A DNA stretch of 49,275 nucleotides from an uncultured Flavobacteriales bacterium (GTDB lineage Bacteria; Bacteroidota; Bacteroidia; Flavobacteriales_D; Sanyastnellaceae), in assembly GCA_963934745.1 (NCBI GenBank), contig CAWVZZ010000001.1, forward strand, positions 1 through 49,275. Reading direction: 5' to 3'. Shown here one piece after another: positions 19,041-32,352 of the stretch. How positions within the stretch are numbered: the stretch's first letter is position 1; every line of letters begins with the position of its first letter. The position numbers and the translations under genes are program-made. The notes below the pieces were generated by a model, which saw only the letters and a program-made list of their open reading frames with translations, was not told where the DNA came from and did no database searches.

Positions 19041-21773
19041 ATGATTGATACAGAAAACACAGGCGACACCCAAGAAGAGAGGGATGATGATTTCTCGCAT
19101 GGAGACAATGGAGGTCAAAGTGATGAGATGGACCATGTCGTAAAGGTTCAAGGCATGTATAATGATTACTTTCTAGATTATGCATCTTATGTAATTTTAG
19201 AGAGAGCTGTTCCACATCAGTATGATGGGCTTAAGCCCGTCCAAAGGCGAATACTCCATTCGCTTGACGAGATGGACGATGGCAGGTTCCACAAGGTGGC
19301 TAATGTCATAGGAAACACTATGAAGTTCCATCCTCATGGTGATGCCAGTATTGGTGATGCTATGGTTCAAATAGGCCAAAAAGAACTCCTTCTAGACTGC
19401 CAAGGGAACTGGGGTAACATTCTCACTGGAGATAGAGCAGCGGCGGCTAGATACATCGAGGTGAGGTTGAGTAAATTCGGGAAGAAGGTTCTGTTTAATT
19501 CGAAAACTACGACTTGGCTAGCTTCCTATGATGGTCGTAATCAGGAGCCGGAAACTGAGCCTGTGAAATTTCCACTTTTGTTAGCTCAGGGTGTGGAGGG
19601 GATTGCAGTGGGTTTGGCATGTAAAATACTTCCGCATAATTTCCACGACCTTATTGATGCAAGTATCGCCACCCTTCTAGGGAAGACGTTTAAACTAGTG
19701 CCTGACTTCCCCAGTGGTGGAATGGCGGATGTTGAGCTTTATAACGATGGTTTGAGGGGAGGTAGAATTCGCGTTAGAGCGAAAATTGATAAGCTAGATA
19801 ATAAGACCCTAGTTGTGCGTGAGGTTCCTTTTGGGGTCACGACAAGTTCGTTAATTGATAGTATTCTTAAGGCTAACGACAAGGGTAAGATTAAAATTAA
19901 GAAGGTGGAGGATAACACGGCTAAGGTTGTGGAAGTGGTAGTTCACCTGGCGAATAATGTCAGTCCGGATAAGATGCTGGATGCTCTTTATGCGTTTACG
20001 GATTGTGAAGTTAGTATTGCTCCCAACGCTTGTGTGATACTGGATGATAAACCTCAGTTTATAGGTGTTACAGAGATACTAGTGAAGTCTGCAGAAAGAA
20101 CTAAGTATCTTCTAGGCAGGGAGCTTGAGATAGAGTTAAGCGAGTTGCAGGAGTCTTGGCATTTTAGTTCTTTAGAAAAAATATTCATCGAGAACAGAGT
20201 CTATAGAGATATAGAAGAATGTGAAACTTGGGATGAGATTTTAGAGAGTATCCACAAAGGATTGAAGCCTTACACAAAACACTTACTGAGAACCGTAACC
20301 GATGAAGATGTTACAAGACTTACTGAGATCAGGATTAAGAGAATTTCTAAATTTGATGCGTTTAAAGCGGATAAGAAAATCGCCAGTTTAGAGACAGATA
20401 TGGATAGCGTTAAACATAATCTTGCTAATCTCACGGATTATGCAATAGATTGGTTTAAAACGCTTAAAAAGAACTTTGGTGCAGGGAAGGAGAGAAAGAC
20501 AGAGTTAAGAACTTTTGACACAATCGACAGGTCTAAAGTGGCTGTGGCGAACTCAAAGCTGTACGTCCAAGCCGAAGAAGGATTTGTGGGTACAGGTTTA
20601 AAGCGTGGAGAAGGTAAATTCATAGTTGACTGTAGTGACATAGATGATGTTATTGTTTTCCTTCAGGATGGGACTATGCAAGTCAGTAAAGTCAGCAGCA
20701 AAGCCTTCTTTGGAAAGGATATCATACATGTAGCGGTTTGGAAGAAAGGTGATGCGAGAACCACATATAATGTGATTTATCACGATGGAGCCTCCGGTAG
20801 AAGTATGGTGAAGAGATTTAATGTAAAATCCATTACAAGGGACAAGGGATATCCTGTCACTAAAGGAACACCTAAGTCAAAACTATTATATTTCTCGGCA
20901 AATAGAAATGGTGAGGCAGAAATCGTAACGGTTTATTTGCGTAAAAACCCTAGATTGAAGAAGCTAAAACTGAACTTAAACTTCTCGGATATTAGCATCA
21001 AAGGCAGGGCTTCTGGAGGAAATATAGTTTCCAAGTTCCCTGTAAATAAGATAGAGCTTAAGGAGTCAGGTGTGAGTACATTGGGTGCGAGGAAGGTTTG
21101 GTATGATGAAACAGTCAGGCGTCTTAATGGAGATGGAAGGGGAGTGTTCTTAGGCGAGTTCAATGCCGATGATAAAGTCATGGCACTGCAGTCTGATGGA
21201 GTTTATTCTCATACAAGTTTCGATTTAAGTACTCACTTCGATGATAAGATGGTGTCAGTTGAAAAGTGGGATTCGGAAAGACCTGTATCGGCAATTTACT
21301 TCGACGGAGAAAAGGAAGATTGGTTCATTAAGCGTTTTCTTCCAGAACTATCAGTAAAGCCCGTTAGCTTTATTACAGAGCACGAGGCATCAAAGCTGGC
21401 TTTTGCAACTTCTTTATATCACCCACAAGCAAGGGTGAAATACAACCGAAGGTTCAAGCACACTAGAGATAGAGAAGATGAGATAGTAGAAATGAGGGGG
21501 TTCATAACGATTAAAGGCGTGAAGGCTTTAGGTAACAAACTCAGCTCATTACCTATAACAGAGGTTCTTCTAGAAGAGCCTAATAACGACCTAGAAGCAT
21601 CTACAGCTGCCGGTATCGCAGAGGCTAGACAAGCTGACGATATGATTTCTGAAGCCGTGTCAGAGGTAGATTCTGAGGAAATACCTCCTGAAGTTTCAGA
21701 GGCGAATGTAGGAGAAGATGGGGTACCCGAAGAATCTCCTGAGACTGAAGAGGGGCAAGGTTTACTCTTTTAA
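19041..21773 (+). CDS. parC: DNA topoisomerase IV subunit A
   Basis: 910 aa. Motifs YASYVILERAVP, DGLKPVQRRIL, HPHGD and AAARYIEVRL (the catalytic Tyr is in ARY). It has acidic N- and C-terminal extensions. Confidence 0.85.
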   Translation: MIDTENTGDTQEERDDDFSHGDNGGQSDEMDHVVKVQGMYNDYFLDYASYVILERAVPHQYDGLKPVQRRILHSLDEMDDGRFHKVANVIGNTMKFHPHGDASIGDAMVQIGQKELLLDCQGNWGNILTGDRAAAARYIEVRLSKFGKKVLFNSKTTTWLASYDGRNQEPETEPVKFPLLLAQGVEGIAVGLACKILPHNFHDLIDASIATLLGKTFKLVPDFPSGGMADVELYNDGLRGGRIRVRAKIDKLDNKTLVVREVPFGVTTSSLIDSILKANDKGKIKIKKVEDNTAKVVEVVVHLANNVSPDKMLDALYAFTDCEVSIAPNACVILDDKPQFIGVTEILVKSAERTKYLLGRELEIELSELQESWHFSSLEKIFIENRVYRDIEECETWDEILESIHKGLKPYTKHLLRTVTDEDVTRLTEIRIKRISKFDAFKADKKIASLETDMDSVKHNLANLTDYAIDWFKTLKKNFGAGKERKTELRTFDTIDRSKVAVANSKLYVQAEEGFVGTGLKRGEGKFIVDCSDIDDVIVFLQDGTMQVSKVSSKAFFGKDIIHVAVWKKGDARTTYNVIYHDGASGRSMVKRFNVKSITRDKGYPVTKGTPKSKLLYFSANRNGEAEIVTVYLRKNPRLKKLKLNLNFSDISIKGRASGGNIVSKFPVNKIELKESGVSTLGARKVWYDETVRRLNGDGRGVFLGEFNADDKVMALQSDGVYSHTSFDLSTHFDDKMVSVEKWDSERPVSAIYFDGEKEDWFIKRFLPELSVKPVSFITEHEASKLAFATSLYHPQARVKYNRRFKHTRDREDEIVEMRGFITIKGVKALGNKLSSLPITEVLLEEPNNDLEASTAAGIAEARQADDMISEAVSEVDSEEIPPEVSEANVGEDGVPEESPETEEGQGLLF

Positions 21774-21783
21774 CTAATAAGTT

Positions 21784-24722
<2,939 letters not shown>

Positions 24723-24736
24723 TCTTTTGATGAGGT

Positions 24737-26734
24737 TTAGTCTGCAAAAATTTCAAGTACACCTTTGTAGCTGCCAGTTTGTGTATCTCCACACGTTGAG
24801 GTGTAGTATATATCTATAATATATGCTCCGCTGTGTAGCATGTCTCCGTTGGATCTGCCATCCCAAGAAAGAGGAACCCCATTACTCTCATGTACTAATT
24901 GACCCCACCTGTTGTGAACTGTAATGTCGTATCTGTCAAGAACTTGAAGTGGGTCTATCTCCATAATTGAAGTCTCCTCGAAAAATGGTTTAAGCACATC
25001 ATTAAATTCATCTCCATTAGGTGTGATTACGTTAGGGAATGCAATTGAAGAAATGTCAATAAAGGCAAATTCGTCTAGTTCTATAGTGGTTGATTCAGAA
25101 GAGGTTGTACAACCATTTTCATTAAACATTATGGTTAAAGTATATTCTCCAGGTAGTTGCGTATTGGGATTTATGATCCATGGTTCTGTTAGTCCGCCTC
25201 CTTCACTCCACGACCATTCAATGATGTTATCGTAACCCCATGGTTCTATTTCTGTTCCAACAATCTGAACGCTAGGAGTTTCGCAAGAAATAATTCCGTT
25301 AGGATAGCCGAGCGAAATTTCAGGGTATGTAAAATCTTCTTCGATAGTTATTATGCTAGAGTTGACGCATCCGCTTGAAGGATTTGTTACAGTCAAAGTG
25401 TAAGTGCCGCCAGCAGTGATGGTGGGGGACGGGATGTTAGAGTTGCCGAAGAATGTTCCGTCTTCAGTATCCCAAAAAAACTGAGCGTCAGCATTGTCTG
25501 AGCTTCCCTCCAAAGAAAAAGTAGGGGTGTAGCAATTTAGAATTCCTGCACTGCCTGAAGATGCAGAATATGAAGCTGTGTCAATAGTTATTTCTTGTAA
25601 GTCTTCTGCTGCACACTCTCCGTCCTCCGAGACAACGGTGACGATGTAAACACCACCCGATGTTGTTGTGGCATTAAAGCCATCTATTTCATCATACTCG
25701 CCCCCCTCAGAAGCTTCCCATGTGATATTAGTGTTAGGGTAGTTCGTTGTTGCAGCAAAAGTGATTTCTGAGACATCACATGTGATGGCTGTAGAATTAG
25801 AATACAACTCCAGTTCAATAGGTTCTACAATTACAGCGATGGAGTTGACTTGGATGTATCCGCAAAAATCCGTGTATATAACGGTATAAATCTGTGTGGA
25901 GGGTGGTGTGGCTATGGGGTTGAATATGCTAGGGTCGTCTAGGTAGACAGTTGGGAACCAAGTGAATGACGAATTGATGTCACCACCGGCTATTAGTTGC
26001 GTGGAATTGCCCGGGCAAATATTCACGTCATCAGAAGGGCTAACGTTTTCATATAAACATACAGATTGAGAATTGTACAAACTTCCTGTAGACGCTGTAA
26101 ACCCCCACCACACTTCACTTTCTCCCTCAAACACCTCGTTAATTAAATCTATGGTTGTTCCTAAGCGAAATTCACAATCAAAGTATACATCTAATTGAAA
26201 AGTAGATGGATTCCATCTTATAGTTATGGCGTGGTTTAAACCGTCTTCTATTTCTTGATTTTCTTCATTAGCTAATACAGGGCCAGCTAATGAATTATTA
26301 TTGTTGTGATCGACGTTTCCGTTTTTATGTATTGCTATATGATCGCCGAATATATCACCTATGCCCTTGTTTTGGAATGTATCAAACTCAATACCCAAGC
26401 TAGGTGTAAGGTTGCCGTAACCCATGCCGTTACCAGCATTGCCAACTGCTGTGGAGCTTTCGTTTTGTAACACGAACATCATACCGTCGGCACCAGGTAT
26501 CTCTCCAGGTTCGTTGTTTAAATCGCCGAAATTCATTGTGAACTGCAACTCGAACGTGTCATTAAGGTCTATTAGCTCTTCATACCAAATAGAGCCCATT
26601 TGGTTAGTGGTTTCTGCCGTAAGCTGATAGCAATTGCTACCCATGTCTACTCCGTCGCCTTGTAGCGAGTATTGAGCTTGGACAGAAAGTGATGACCAAA
26701 ATAAAACAATATAAAAAAGTAACAGGTTTTTCAT
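24737..26734 (-). CDS. Cell-surface protein: N-terminal L-type (legume-like) lectin domain, Cys-containing Ig-like repeats, T9SS type B (gliding motility-associated) C-terminal sorting domain
   Basis: The N-terminus ...CYQLT...NQMGSIWYE...GADGMMFVLQN...GIEFDTFQN...GDHIAIHKNG has a lectin_legB-like pattern. The C-terminus FPNVITPNGDEFNDVLKP...HNRWGQLVHES...WDGRSNG...GAYI matches the CHU_C/type B sorting domain. Start at Met 26734 (MKNLLLFYIVLFWSSLSVQA signal peptide). Confidence 0.75.
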   Translation of the reverse strand: MKNLLLFYIVLFWSSLSVQAQYSLQGDGVDMGSNCYQLTAETTNQMGSIWYEELIDLNDTFELQFTMNFGDLNNEPGEIPGADGMMFVLQNESSTAVGNAGNGMGYGNLTPSLGIEFDTFQNKGIGDIFGDHIAIHKNGNVDHNNNNSLAGPVLANEENQEIEDGLNHAITIRWNPSTFQLDVYFDCEFRLGTTIDLINEVFEGESEVWWGFTASTGSLYNSQSVCLYENVSPSDDVNICPGNSTQLIAGGDINSSFTWFPTVYLDDPSIFNPIATPPSTQIYTVIYTDFCGYIQVNSIAVIVEPIELELYSNSTAITCDVSEITFAATTNYPNTNITWEASEGGEYDEIDGFNATTTSGGVYIVTVVSEDGECAAEDLQEITIDTASYSASSGSAGILNCYTPTFSLEGSSDNADAQFFWDTEDGTFFGNSNIPSPTITAGGTYTLTVTNPSSGCVNSSIITIEEDFTYPEISLGYPNGIISCETPSVQIVGTEIEPWGYDNIIEWSWSEGGGLTEPWIINPNTQLPGEYTLTIMFNENGCTTSSESTTIELDEFAFIDISSIAFPNVITPNGDEFNDVLKPFFEETSIMEIDPLQVLDRYDITVHNRWGQLVHESNGVPLSWDGRSNGDMLHSGAYIIDIYYTSTCGDTQTGSYKGVLEIFAD

Positions 26735-26779
26735 TACGCATTGCAAATTACTTAATTTCCCTGAGTGACACATTATTTT

Positions 26780-29335
26780 TCAGAAATTAACGTGAAATTT
26801 TAAATTCAGCCTTCTTCCAGTAAGGTAGTTAGGTATAGCGTACAGACGGCCGTTTATGTCTTCTATCCACGTATGGTTAATGGTGTTGTTTATTGCGAGG
26901 AGATTGAAGACTTCAAGTGATACATACCCACTGGAGTTGTTTCGTTTCTTAGATGTGAATAATTCCTTGGAAAAACCCAAATCGACACGCCTATATGCAG
27001 GAGTTCGTAACACGTCTTGATAGCGATTCATTGTCGGCGGTCCGTAGGGGAGGCCAGTACCAAAAAACAAACTCAGAAGTACTTTGTAATCTGGATTTCG
27101 CGGCATTTCGTCTTGGAACAGAAGGCTTACGCTAATGCGTTGGTCACTAGGTCTAGCTATGTTTCCAGGAAAAATGGTGTCAGATGTAGCAACTTCATTA
27201 TTCCAAGTGTATCCAGGAATAATCAAATCCCCCTCATCGTTATAATGGTTAACGTAAAAATCATCTACTAAATCTTCTTCAGTTTTAAGTGCGCTAACTC
27301 TCATCCAGCTTTGAATGCCTTCGATAAACTCACCATTTAGCATCATGTCGATTCCAGTAGCATACCCGCTTGAATTATTTGTGGCATAATAGCGCTGCCT
27401 GACGTTTTCTACTTCGTAGGGGATGAGTTGGTCCAAATCCTTGTAATACATCTCGCCGACGAACATAAAGGGGCGATCGAACATCGTAAATTCGTGGTCA
27501 ACACCGGTAACGAAGTGTATGGCTCTTTGAGGTTTAATGTCTGGATTAAGTACCCCGTCAACTCCACGCATTTCTCTATAGAATGGAGGCTGCCAATAGT
27601 ACCCACTTGAAACACTCCAGGTTGTTAAGGGGCTGTTTCTAGCGACGTAGCTAATGTGTGCTCTGGGCCCGCCTACAAGATGCGTGTTAGAATAATCGGA
27701 ACTAGAGGTCTGTAGGTTCCAAAGGTGAAGCCGTGCCCCTAGATGGGCGTTGATAGTTCCTTTTCCAGTAGTAATAGTCCACGTGTCTTGAGTGTAGCAT
27801 GTTATTCTATTAGATCTTACCTCGTTTGAAGCTTTCAGGAGGTTGTTAATTGTCAGTGGCTGAAAATCTTGAGCGGAGGGGTCGGTAAAACCTACGCTAT
27901 CTTGTGGATGAGGCGAGATAAAGTCCGCTGAATCGACGAAGGACCATTCTGAGAGTTCGTCAAAGATGAATTCTGTTTGGACTTTAATACCATACTCAAA
28001 AAAATGCCCACTCTTTTCAAGATTAACGGAACCCTTAATTGCAGTTGAAATTACAGTTGCTTCAAGCTGGTTTCGTGCGTGGTTTAAGAATCCACCTATC
28101 CCTAAATTCCCAGCAGCTTCACCGAAATCATCGGAACCCGGATCTAATTCCAAATCGTCAAGCCTGTAATAACCCAGAATGTCGAAAGACTCAGTTTCTA
28201 CAGTTCTAAAAGCCGAAGATATCCATCTAAGCCTAGAGTTTTCTGTAACCCTTTCAATAGCTAAAGCCCCGAATCCAGTCTGGTAGGAGGTTTTCTCCAT
28301 TCCATTGAAGTATATCGTCAGTCTTAACGCTTCGTTGATGGTTCCAACATCAGTCTCTCTTTTTTGAGGTGTAAATTGATAATCGTTCTCTCCGTAAACA
28401 CCTAGAAGCTGCACTTCCCAAGGGCCGTATCCGTCGGGGTCCCAAGTGATATATGTCTGTGCGTCTAAGTATGAGGGTTTGTACTCTCCACTTTCGTCTA
28501 ATGATCCTAGAACGTATGAATTGTTTCTGTATCTAATGCCGGTGTTAATGCGAAACTTACCGTTTGCAGAGAGGTCATCGTGTTGGATTTGTGCGCCCAT
28601 AAGACTAACTGTCGCTTGGGTTGAACGCTTAATAGGTTTACGGTAGTGTATATCGAGAACTGAACTCATTTTATCTCCATACTTGCTCTCAAAACCACCA
28701 GCACTAAAATTTATTCTATGTACCATGTCTGGATTAGGAAAGGAGAGTCCTTCTTGTTGGCCAGAGCGAACAAGGAATGGTCTGTACACTTCAATGTCGT
28801 TTACATAAACAAGATTCTCATCGAAACTTCCTCCACGAACATTATATGAGCTTGACAGTTCGCTAGTGAAGTTAACTGGAGCTTGAAGGAGTACATCTTC
28901 AATAGTTCCTCTGGGACTAGGTATACGGCCAGCTATTTGCGGATCTATCCTTCTAATAGTTACGTCTGTTTTACCGTCGCCTATAACCTCTGCTTCACCG
29001 ATCTTGATTGTATTTTCTAAAACGAAATTAACTATGGCTCTGTTAGTTGCACCCAACTCTATTGAATACTCTTCTGTTGAGTAGCCAACCATTGAGCACT
29101 TAAGTGTCCACGGCCCTTTATGCGGGAGTTTAATTGTGAATAGCCCATTCTCATCTGAGAATGAACCAAGTTGTGAATTTTCTAGGATATACACTGATGC
29201 TCCTGGTAAGGTTTCGCCGTCTGTGCCGTGAACTATACCGGATACTGTTAATTCAGATTCAGATGTTTGAGCTTGTGACATAGCACAAGTGAACAAGGAA
29301 GTGAGTAGAAGTAGTATGTATTTCGTCCTCAACAT
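26780..29335 (-). CDS. TonB-dependent receptor with N-terminal carboxypeptidase-regulatory-like domain
   Basis: 851 aa. Signal peptide, CarboxypepD_reg pattern (VSGIVHGTDGETLPGASVYI...DENGLFTI), plug region (YNVRGGSFDENLVYVNDIEVYRP...GGFESKYGDKMSSVLDI) and a C-terminal aromatic residue (...KFHVNF). Confidence 0.8.
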   Translation of the reverse strand: MLRTKYILLLLTSLFTCAMSQAQTSESELTVSGIVHGTDGETLPGASVYILENSQLGSFSDENGLFTIKLPHKGPWTLKCSMVGYSTEEYSIELGATNRAIVNFVLENTIKIGEAEVIGDGKTDVTIRRIDPQIAGRIPSPRGTIEDVLLQAPVNFTSELSSSYNVRGGSFDENLVYVNDIEVYRPFLVRSGQQEGLSFPNPDMVHRINFSAGGFESKYGDKMSSVLDIHYRKPIKRSTQATVSLMGAQIQHDDLSANGKFRINTGIRYRNNSYVLGSLDESGEYKPSYLDAQTYITWDPDGYGPWEVQLLGVYGENDYQFTPQKRETDVGTINEALRLTIYFNGMEKTSYQTGFGALAIERVTENSRLRWISSAFRTVETESFDILGYYRLDDLELDPGSDDFGEAAGNLGIGGFLNHARNQLEATVISTAIKGSVNLEKSGHFFEYGIKVQTEFIFDELSEWSFVDSADFISPHPQDSVGFTDPSAQDFQPLTINNLLKASNEVRSNRITCYTQDTWTITTGKGTINAHLGARLHLWNLQTSSSDYSNTHLVGGPRAHISYVARNSPLTTWSVSSGYYWQPPFYREMRGVDGVLNPDIKPQRAIHFVTGVDHEFTMFDRPFMFVGEMYYKDLDQLIPYEVENVRQRYYATNNSSGYATGIDMMLNGEFIEGIQSWMRVSALKTEEDLVDDFYVNHYNDEGDLIIPGYTWNNEVATSDTIFPGNIARPSDQRISVSLLFQDEMPRNPDYKVLLSLFFGTGLPYGPPTMNRYQDVLRTPAYRRVDLGFSKELFTSKKRNNSSGYVSLEVFNLLAINNTINHTWIEDINGRLYAIPNYLTGRRLNLKFHVNF

Positions 29336-29340
29336 TTATC

Positions 29341-29991
29341 CTAATCTTTCTTTAGGTCACCGTTTCTAAGGGCTTGTATGAATTTCGCCCAAGCTACTGG
29401 ATTAAGTAAGTTGTTTGTTTGTCCGTGGCTCTGGTTATCCTGCTGAATAGATATCTGCCTCAGTTGTTCTGTTGCAGAAGCTTGCCCATCTAATCCGATG
29501 TCAACAAGTCTGTCATAAATTTCGAATGGATCAGCAGCCATGTTCCCAGGGGAGAATTCGTTTTCATCGAGGCCTAAAGCCATAAATTCCTGCTTGAACC
29601 TATCGCGTGATGGCCAAGGGTATACGAAAGCCTGGTTTACCATAACGGTGTCGTGACTCATAGCCTGAACTATACTCACACGGTTTCTCTCTCCTCCGTC
29701 GGGGATAATGACGGTTCTGGATAGATATCCAGTGCTAGAGAATTGTAGGGTATCTCCTTCGAGGGCTGGGATGCTGAAGAATCCATTAACATCCGTCGTG
29801 GTTCCTCTTTGGTCTCTAATCCTATAAACAGTAGCGTAGGGAAGAGGGAAGAGGGAGTCTCCCGTCACTACAAGCCCGCTCACCTGCACAACGCTGACAT
29901 CGGTTGAGTCTGTAATCGCGGACGCGTTAGAGCTGAAAGCTAATATGGTAATGATGATTAGAATTATATGTAAGAGGCGCGATCTAGTCAT
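29341..29991 (-). CDS. Carboxypeptidase-regulatory-like domain protein (secreted)
   Basis: 216 aa. Signal peptide, then VSGLVVTGDSLFPLPYATVY...TTTDVNGFFSIPALEGDTLQFSSTGY, the CarboxypepD_reg fold pattern. Confidence 0.65.
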   Translation of the reverse strand: MTRSRLLHIILIIITILAFSSNASAITDSTDVSVVQVSGLVVTGDSLFPLPYATVYRIRDQRGTTTDVNGFFSIPALEGDTLQFSSTGYLSRTVIIPDGGERNRVSIVQAMSHDTVMVNQAFVYPWPSRDRFKQEFMALGLDENEFSPGNMAADPFEIYDRLVDIGLDGQASATEQLRQISIQQDNQSHGQTNNLLNPVAWAKFIQALRNGDLKKD

Positions 29992-29996
29992 ATTAA

Positions 29997-31592
29997 TTAG
30001 GCTTGTTCCGTTTTGAATTCGCTGGTGACATGGAATGTTATTTCTGGGAAGTTATTCATTTCCATTTGGAGTAGGAACTGTGATGGAGCTAGGTAAACTT
30101 CATTGCCGTCCTTGTCTGTCACGATGTCGTTCGCTTTGATGCGTCTGAATTCACTAATTTTCTCAGGGTTGTCAGAAACGATCCAACACGCTTTGTGGTA
30201 AGGTTTTGCTTGGAATTCACACTTAGCACCGTATTCGTGTTCTAGTCTGTATTGAATTACCTCGAACTGAAGTTCTCCAACGGTGCCGACAATCTTTCTG
30301 TTTCCTGCTTCTCTTATGAATAGCTGGGCAACACCCTCGTCGGTAAGCTGTTTAATGCCTTTTTCTAGCTGCTTGCTTTTCATAGGGTCTTTGTTAACGA
30401 GCTCCTTGAATATCTCGGGACTGAAGCTGGGTATGCCTCTGAACTGTAGGATTTCGCCTTCGGTTAATGTGTCACCTATCTTGAAGTTCCCCGTGTCGTA
30501 AAGTCCCACCACATCTCCTGGCCATGCTTCTTCAAGGACGCTTTTGTCCTGGGCTAAGAATGTAGCAGGGTTAGCAAATTTTATTTTTTTATCAAGCCTT
30601 ATGTGCTTGTAAAAGGTATTCCTTTGGAATTTTCCAGAACAAACCCTTAGGAAGGCAATCCTATCTCTGTGTCGTGGATCTATGTTCGCGTGTATCTTGA
30701 AGACAAAGCCCGTAAACTTCTCTTCTTCAGGGAGTACAAAGCGAGTACTAGTTTCTATAGGACTGGGGTCTGGTGCTATCTTAATGAACGTGTCTAGCAT
30801 CTCCTGTATCCCAAAATTGTTTACAGCACTCCCGAAAAACACGGGTGCAACTTCGGCGTCTAAATATGGCTGTGGGTCCCATTCGTCATAAACCCCCTCT
30901 ATTAATTCTACATCCTCTCTCAACTGTTCAGCGTGCTCGCCTACTAACTCATCCAGCTGCTCATCAGCTAGATCTTTTATATCTATAACTTCTGTAGAAA
31001 TCTTCGTTTTATCAGATTGAAACAATCTAACGTTGTGGTCGAATAGATTATAAACCCCTTGAAACGTAGCACCCAAGCTAATAGGCCAGCTCAATGGCCT
31101 CACCTGGATGTCGAGCTTAGTCTCTAGCTCATCTAATAAGTCGAAAGGATCCTGTCCTTCAAGGTCCATTTTGTTGATGAACACAATGACAGGTGTCTTG
31201 CGCATACGGCAAACCTCCATTAATCGCTCTGTTTGGGCTTCCACACCTTTAACACAGTCGATTACTAGAATCACACTGTCTACAGCTGTTAATGTCCTGT
31301 ATGTGTCCTCTGCGAAATCTCTGTGACCTGGTGTGTCTAGGAGGTTGATGAGCATGTCCTTGTAGTTAAAGGCCATGACAGAGGTTGCTACCGAGATTCC
31401 ACGTTGACGCTCTATCTCCATAAAATCGGAAGTAGCTGTCTTTGTGATTTTATTATTCTTTACCGCACCCGCTGTTTGAATCGCCCCACCGAATAATAGA
31501 AACTTCTCTGTCAACGTGGTTTTACCAGCATCTGGGTGAGAGATAATAGCGAATGTTCGCCTTTTGGAAATTTCTTCTTTTATCGTTGACAT
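29997..31592 (-). CDS. prfC: Peptide chain release factor 3
   Basis: 531 aa. GTPase motifs [24 protein letters not shown] and NKMD. Length and C-terminal domains fit RF3. Confidence 0.95.
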   Translation of the reverse strand: MSTIKEEISKRRTFAIISHPDAGKTTLTEKFLLFGGAIQTAGAVKNNKITKTATSDFMEIERQRGISVATSVMAFNYKDMLINLLDTPGHRDFAEDTYRTLTAVDSVILVIDCVKGVEAQTERLMEVCRMRKTPVIVFINKMDLEGQDPFDLLDELETKLDIQVRPLSWPISLGATFQGVYNLFDHNVRLFQSDKTKISTEVIDIKDLADEQLDELVGEHAEQLREDVELIEGVYDEWDPQPYLDAEVAPVFFGSAVNNFGIQEMLDTFIKIAPDPSPIETSTRFVLPEEEKFTGFVFKIHANIDPRHRDRIAFLRVCSGKFQRNTFYKHIRLDKKIKFANPATFLAQDKSVLEEAWPGDVVGLYDTGNFKIGDTLTEGEILQFRGIPSFSPEIFKELVNKDPMKSKQLEKGIKQLTDEGVAQLFIREAGNRKIVGTVGELQFEVIQYRLEHEYGAKCEFQAKPYHKACWIVSDNPEKISEFRRIKANDIVTDKDGNEVYLAPSQFLLQMEMNNFPEITFHVTSEFKTEQA

Positions 31593-31611
31593 CTTGTTAT
31601 AAAATCAGGGG

Positions 31612-31619
31612 CAAAAGTA
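31612..31619 (-). promoter_or_regulatory. Candidate -7 box (TACTTTTG) for prfC
   Basis: The minus strand reads TACTTTTG, 19 nt upstream of the prfC ATG, in the 40-bp gap after the SDR gene. It is a perfect TAnnTTTG match. Confidence 0.4.
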
Positions 31620-31632
31620 CTAGGTATTATGC

Positions 31633-32346
31633 CTACTGCCTGTGATCTGGACGTAAAGTTATTTCACTAATTATACCGCGACCGCTAGCTTGAATTACCT
31701 GCAAAATGCTTTCCGCTACGAACTCAGAAGTCATGCCCTTTTCGAAATTAGGCCTATACTCTTTTCTCAGCTCTTCGTTTCGTGTTCTGTCTATAAAGGG
31801 TGTGTTCACAGCTCCTGGGTTAATAGTGGTGACGGCAAGTTTGCCAGAAAATTCTATTCTCAACGCTTCACTCATGGCAAGTATTGCATGCTTTGTTGAA
31901 CAATACACTCCGCTATTAGGAAACACCTGCCTGGCTGCAACAGAGCCGATGTTAATTATATGTCCCTTGCTCTTTAGAAGATGAGGTAGAGCTGTGTGTA
32001 TGGTTCTAAGAACGCCAGTAACATTTACATCTACCATAGATTCCCATTCTTCCATCGTGCCTTCATCGAGAGGATTGAAATACCCGATACCCGCATTCGG
32101 AATAAGCACATCGATGCTGCTAAATGAGTCAATAGCTTGTTTAACTGCTTTTTTTATAGTGTCCAAATCTCTCACATCTCCAGTTATAAACTGAAAGCCC
32201 CCATCATATAGCGCGCATTCATCAGCCAACGCCTGAAGTGCCTCCTTTCTGCGTGCGACACCAAACACATTGTGTCCAGCATAGCAAAGCGCACGTACTG
32301 TACTAGAACCTATGCCGCTTGATGCGCCTGTAATAAAGATGTTCAT
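31633..32346 (-). CDS. Short-chain dehydrogenase/reductase (SDR family oxidoreductase)
   Basis: 237 aa. Motifs ITGASSGIG (TGxxxGxG), NAG and the catalytic YCSTK (YxxxK). Confidence 0.88.
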   Translation of the reverse strand: MNIFITGASSGIGSSTVRALCYAGHNVFGVARRKEALQALADECALYDGGFQFITGDVRDLDTIKKAVKQAIDSFSSIDVLIPNAGIGYFNPLDEGTMEEWESMVDVNVTGVLRTIHTALPHLLKSKGHIINIGSVAARQVFPNSGVYCSTKHAILAMSEALRIEFSGKLAVTTINPGAVNTPFIDRTRNEELRKEYRPNFEKGMTSEFVAESILQVIQASGRGIISEITLRPDHRQ

Positions 32347-32352
32347 TCTTAT

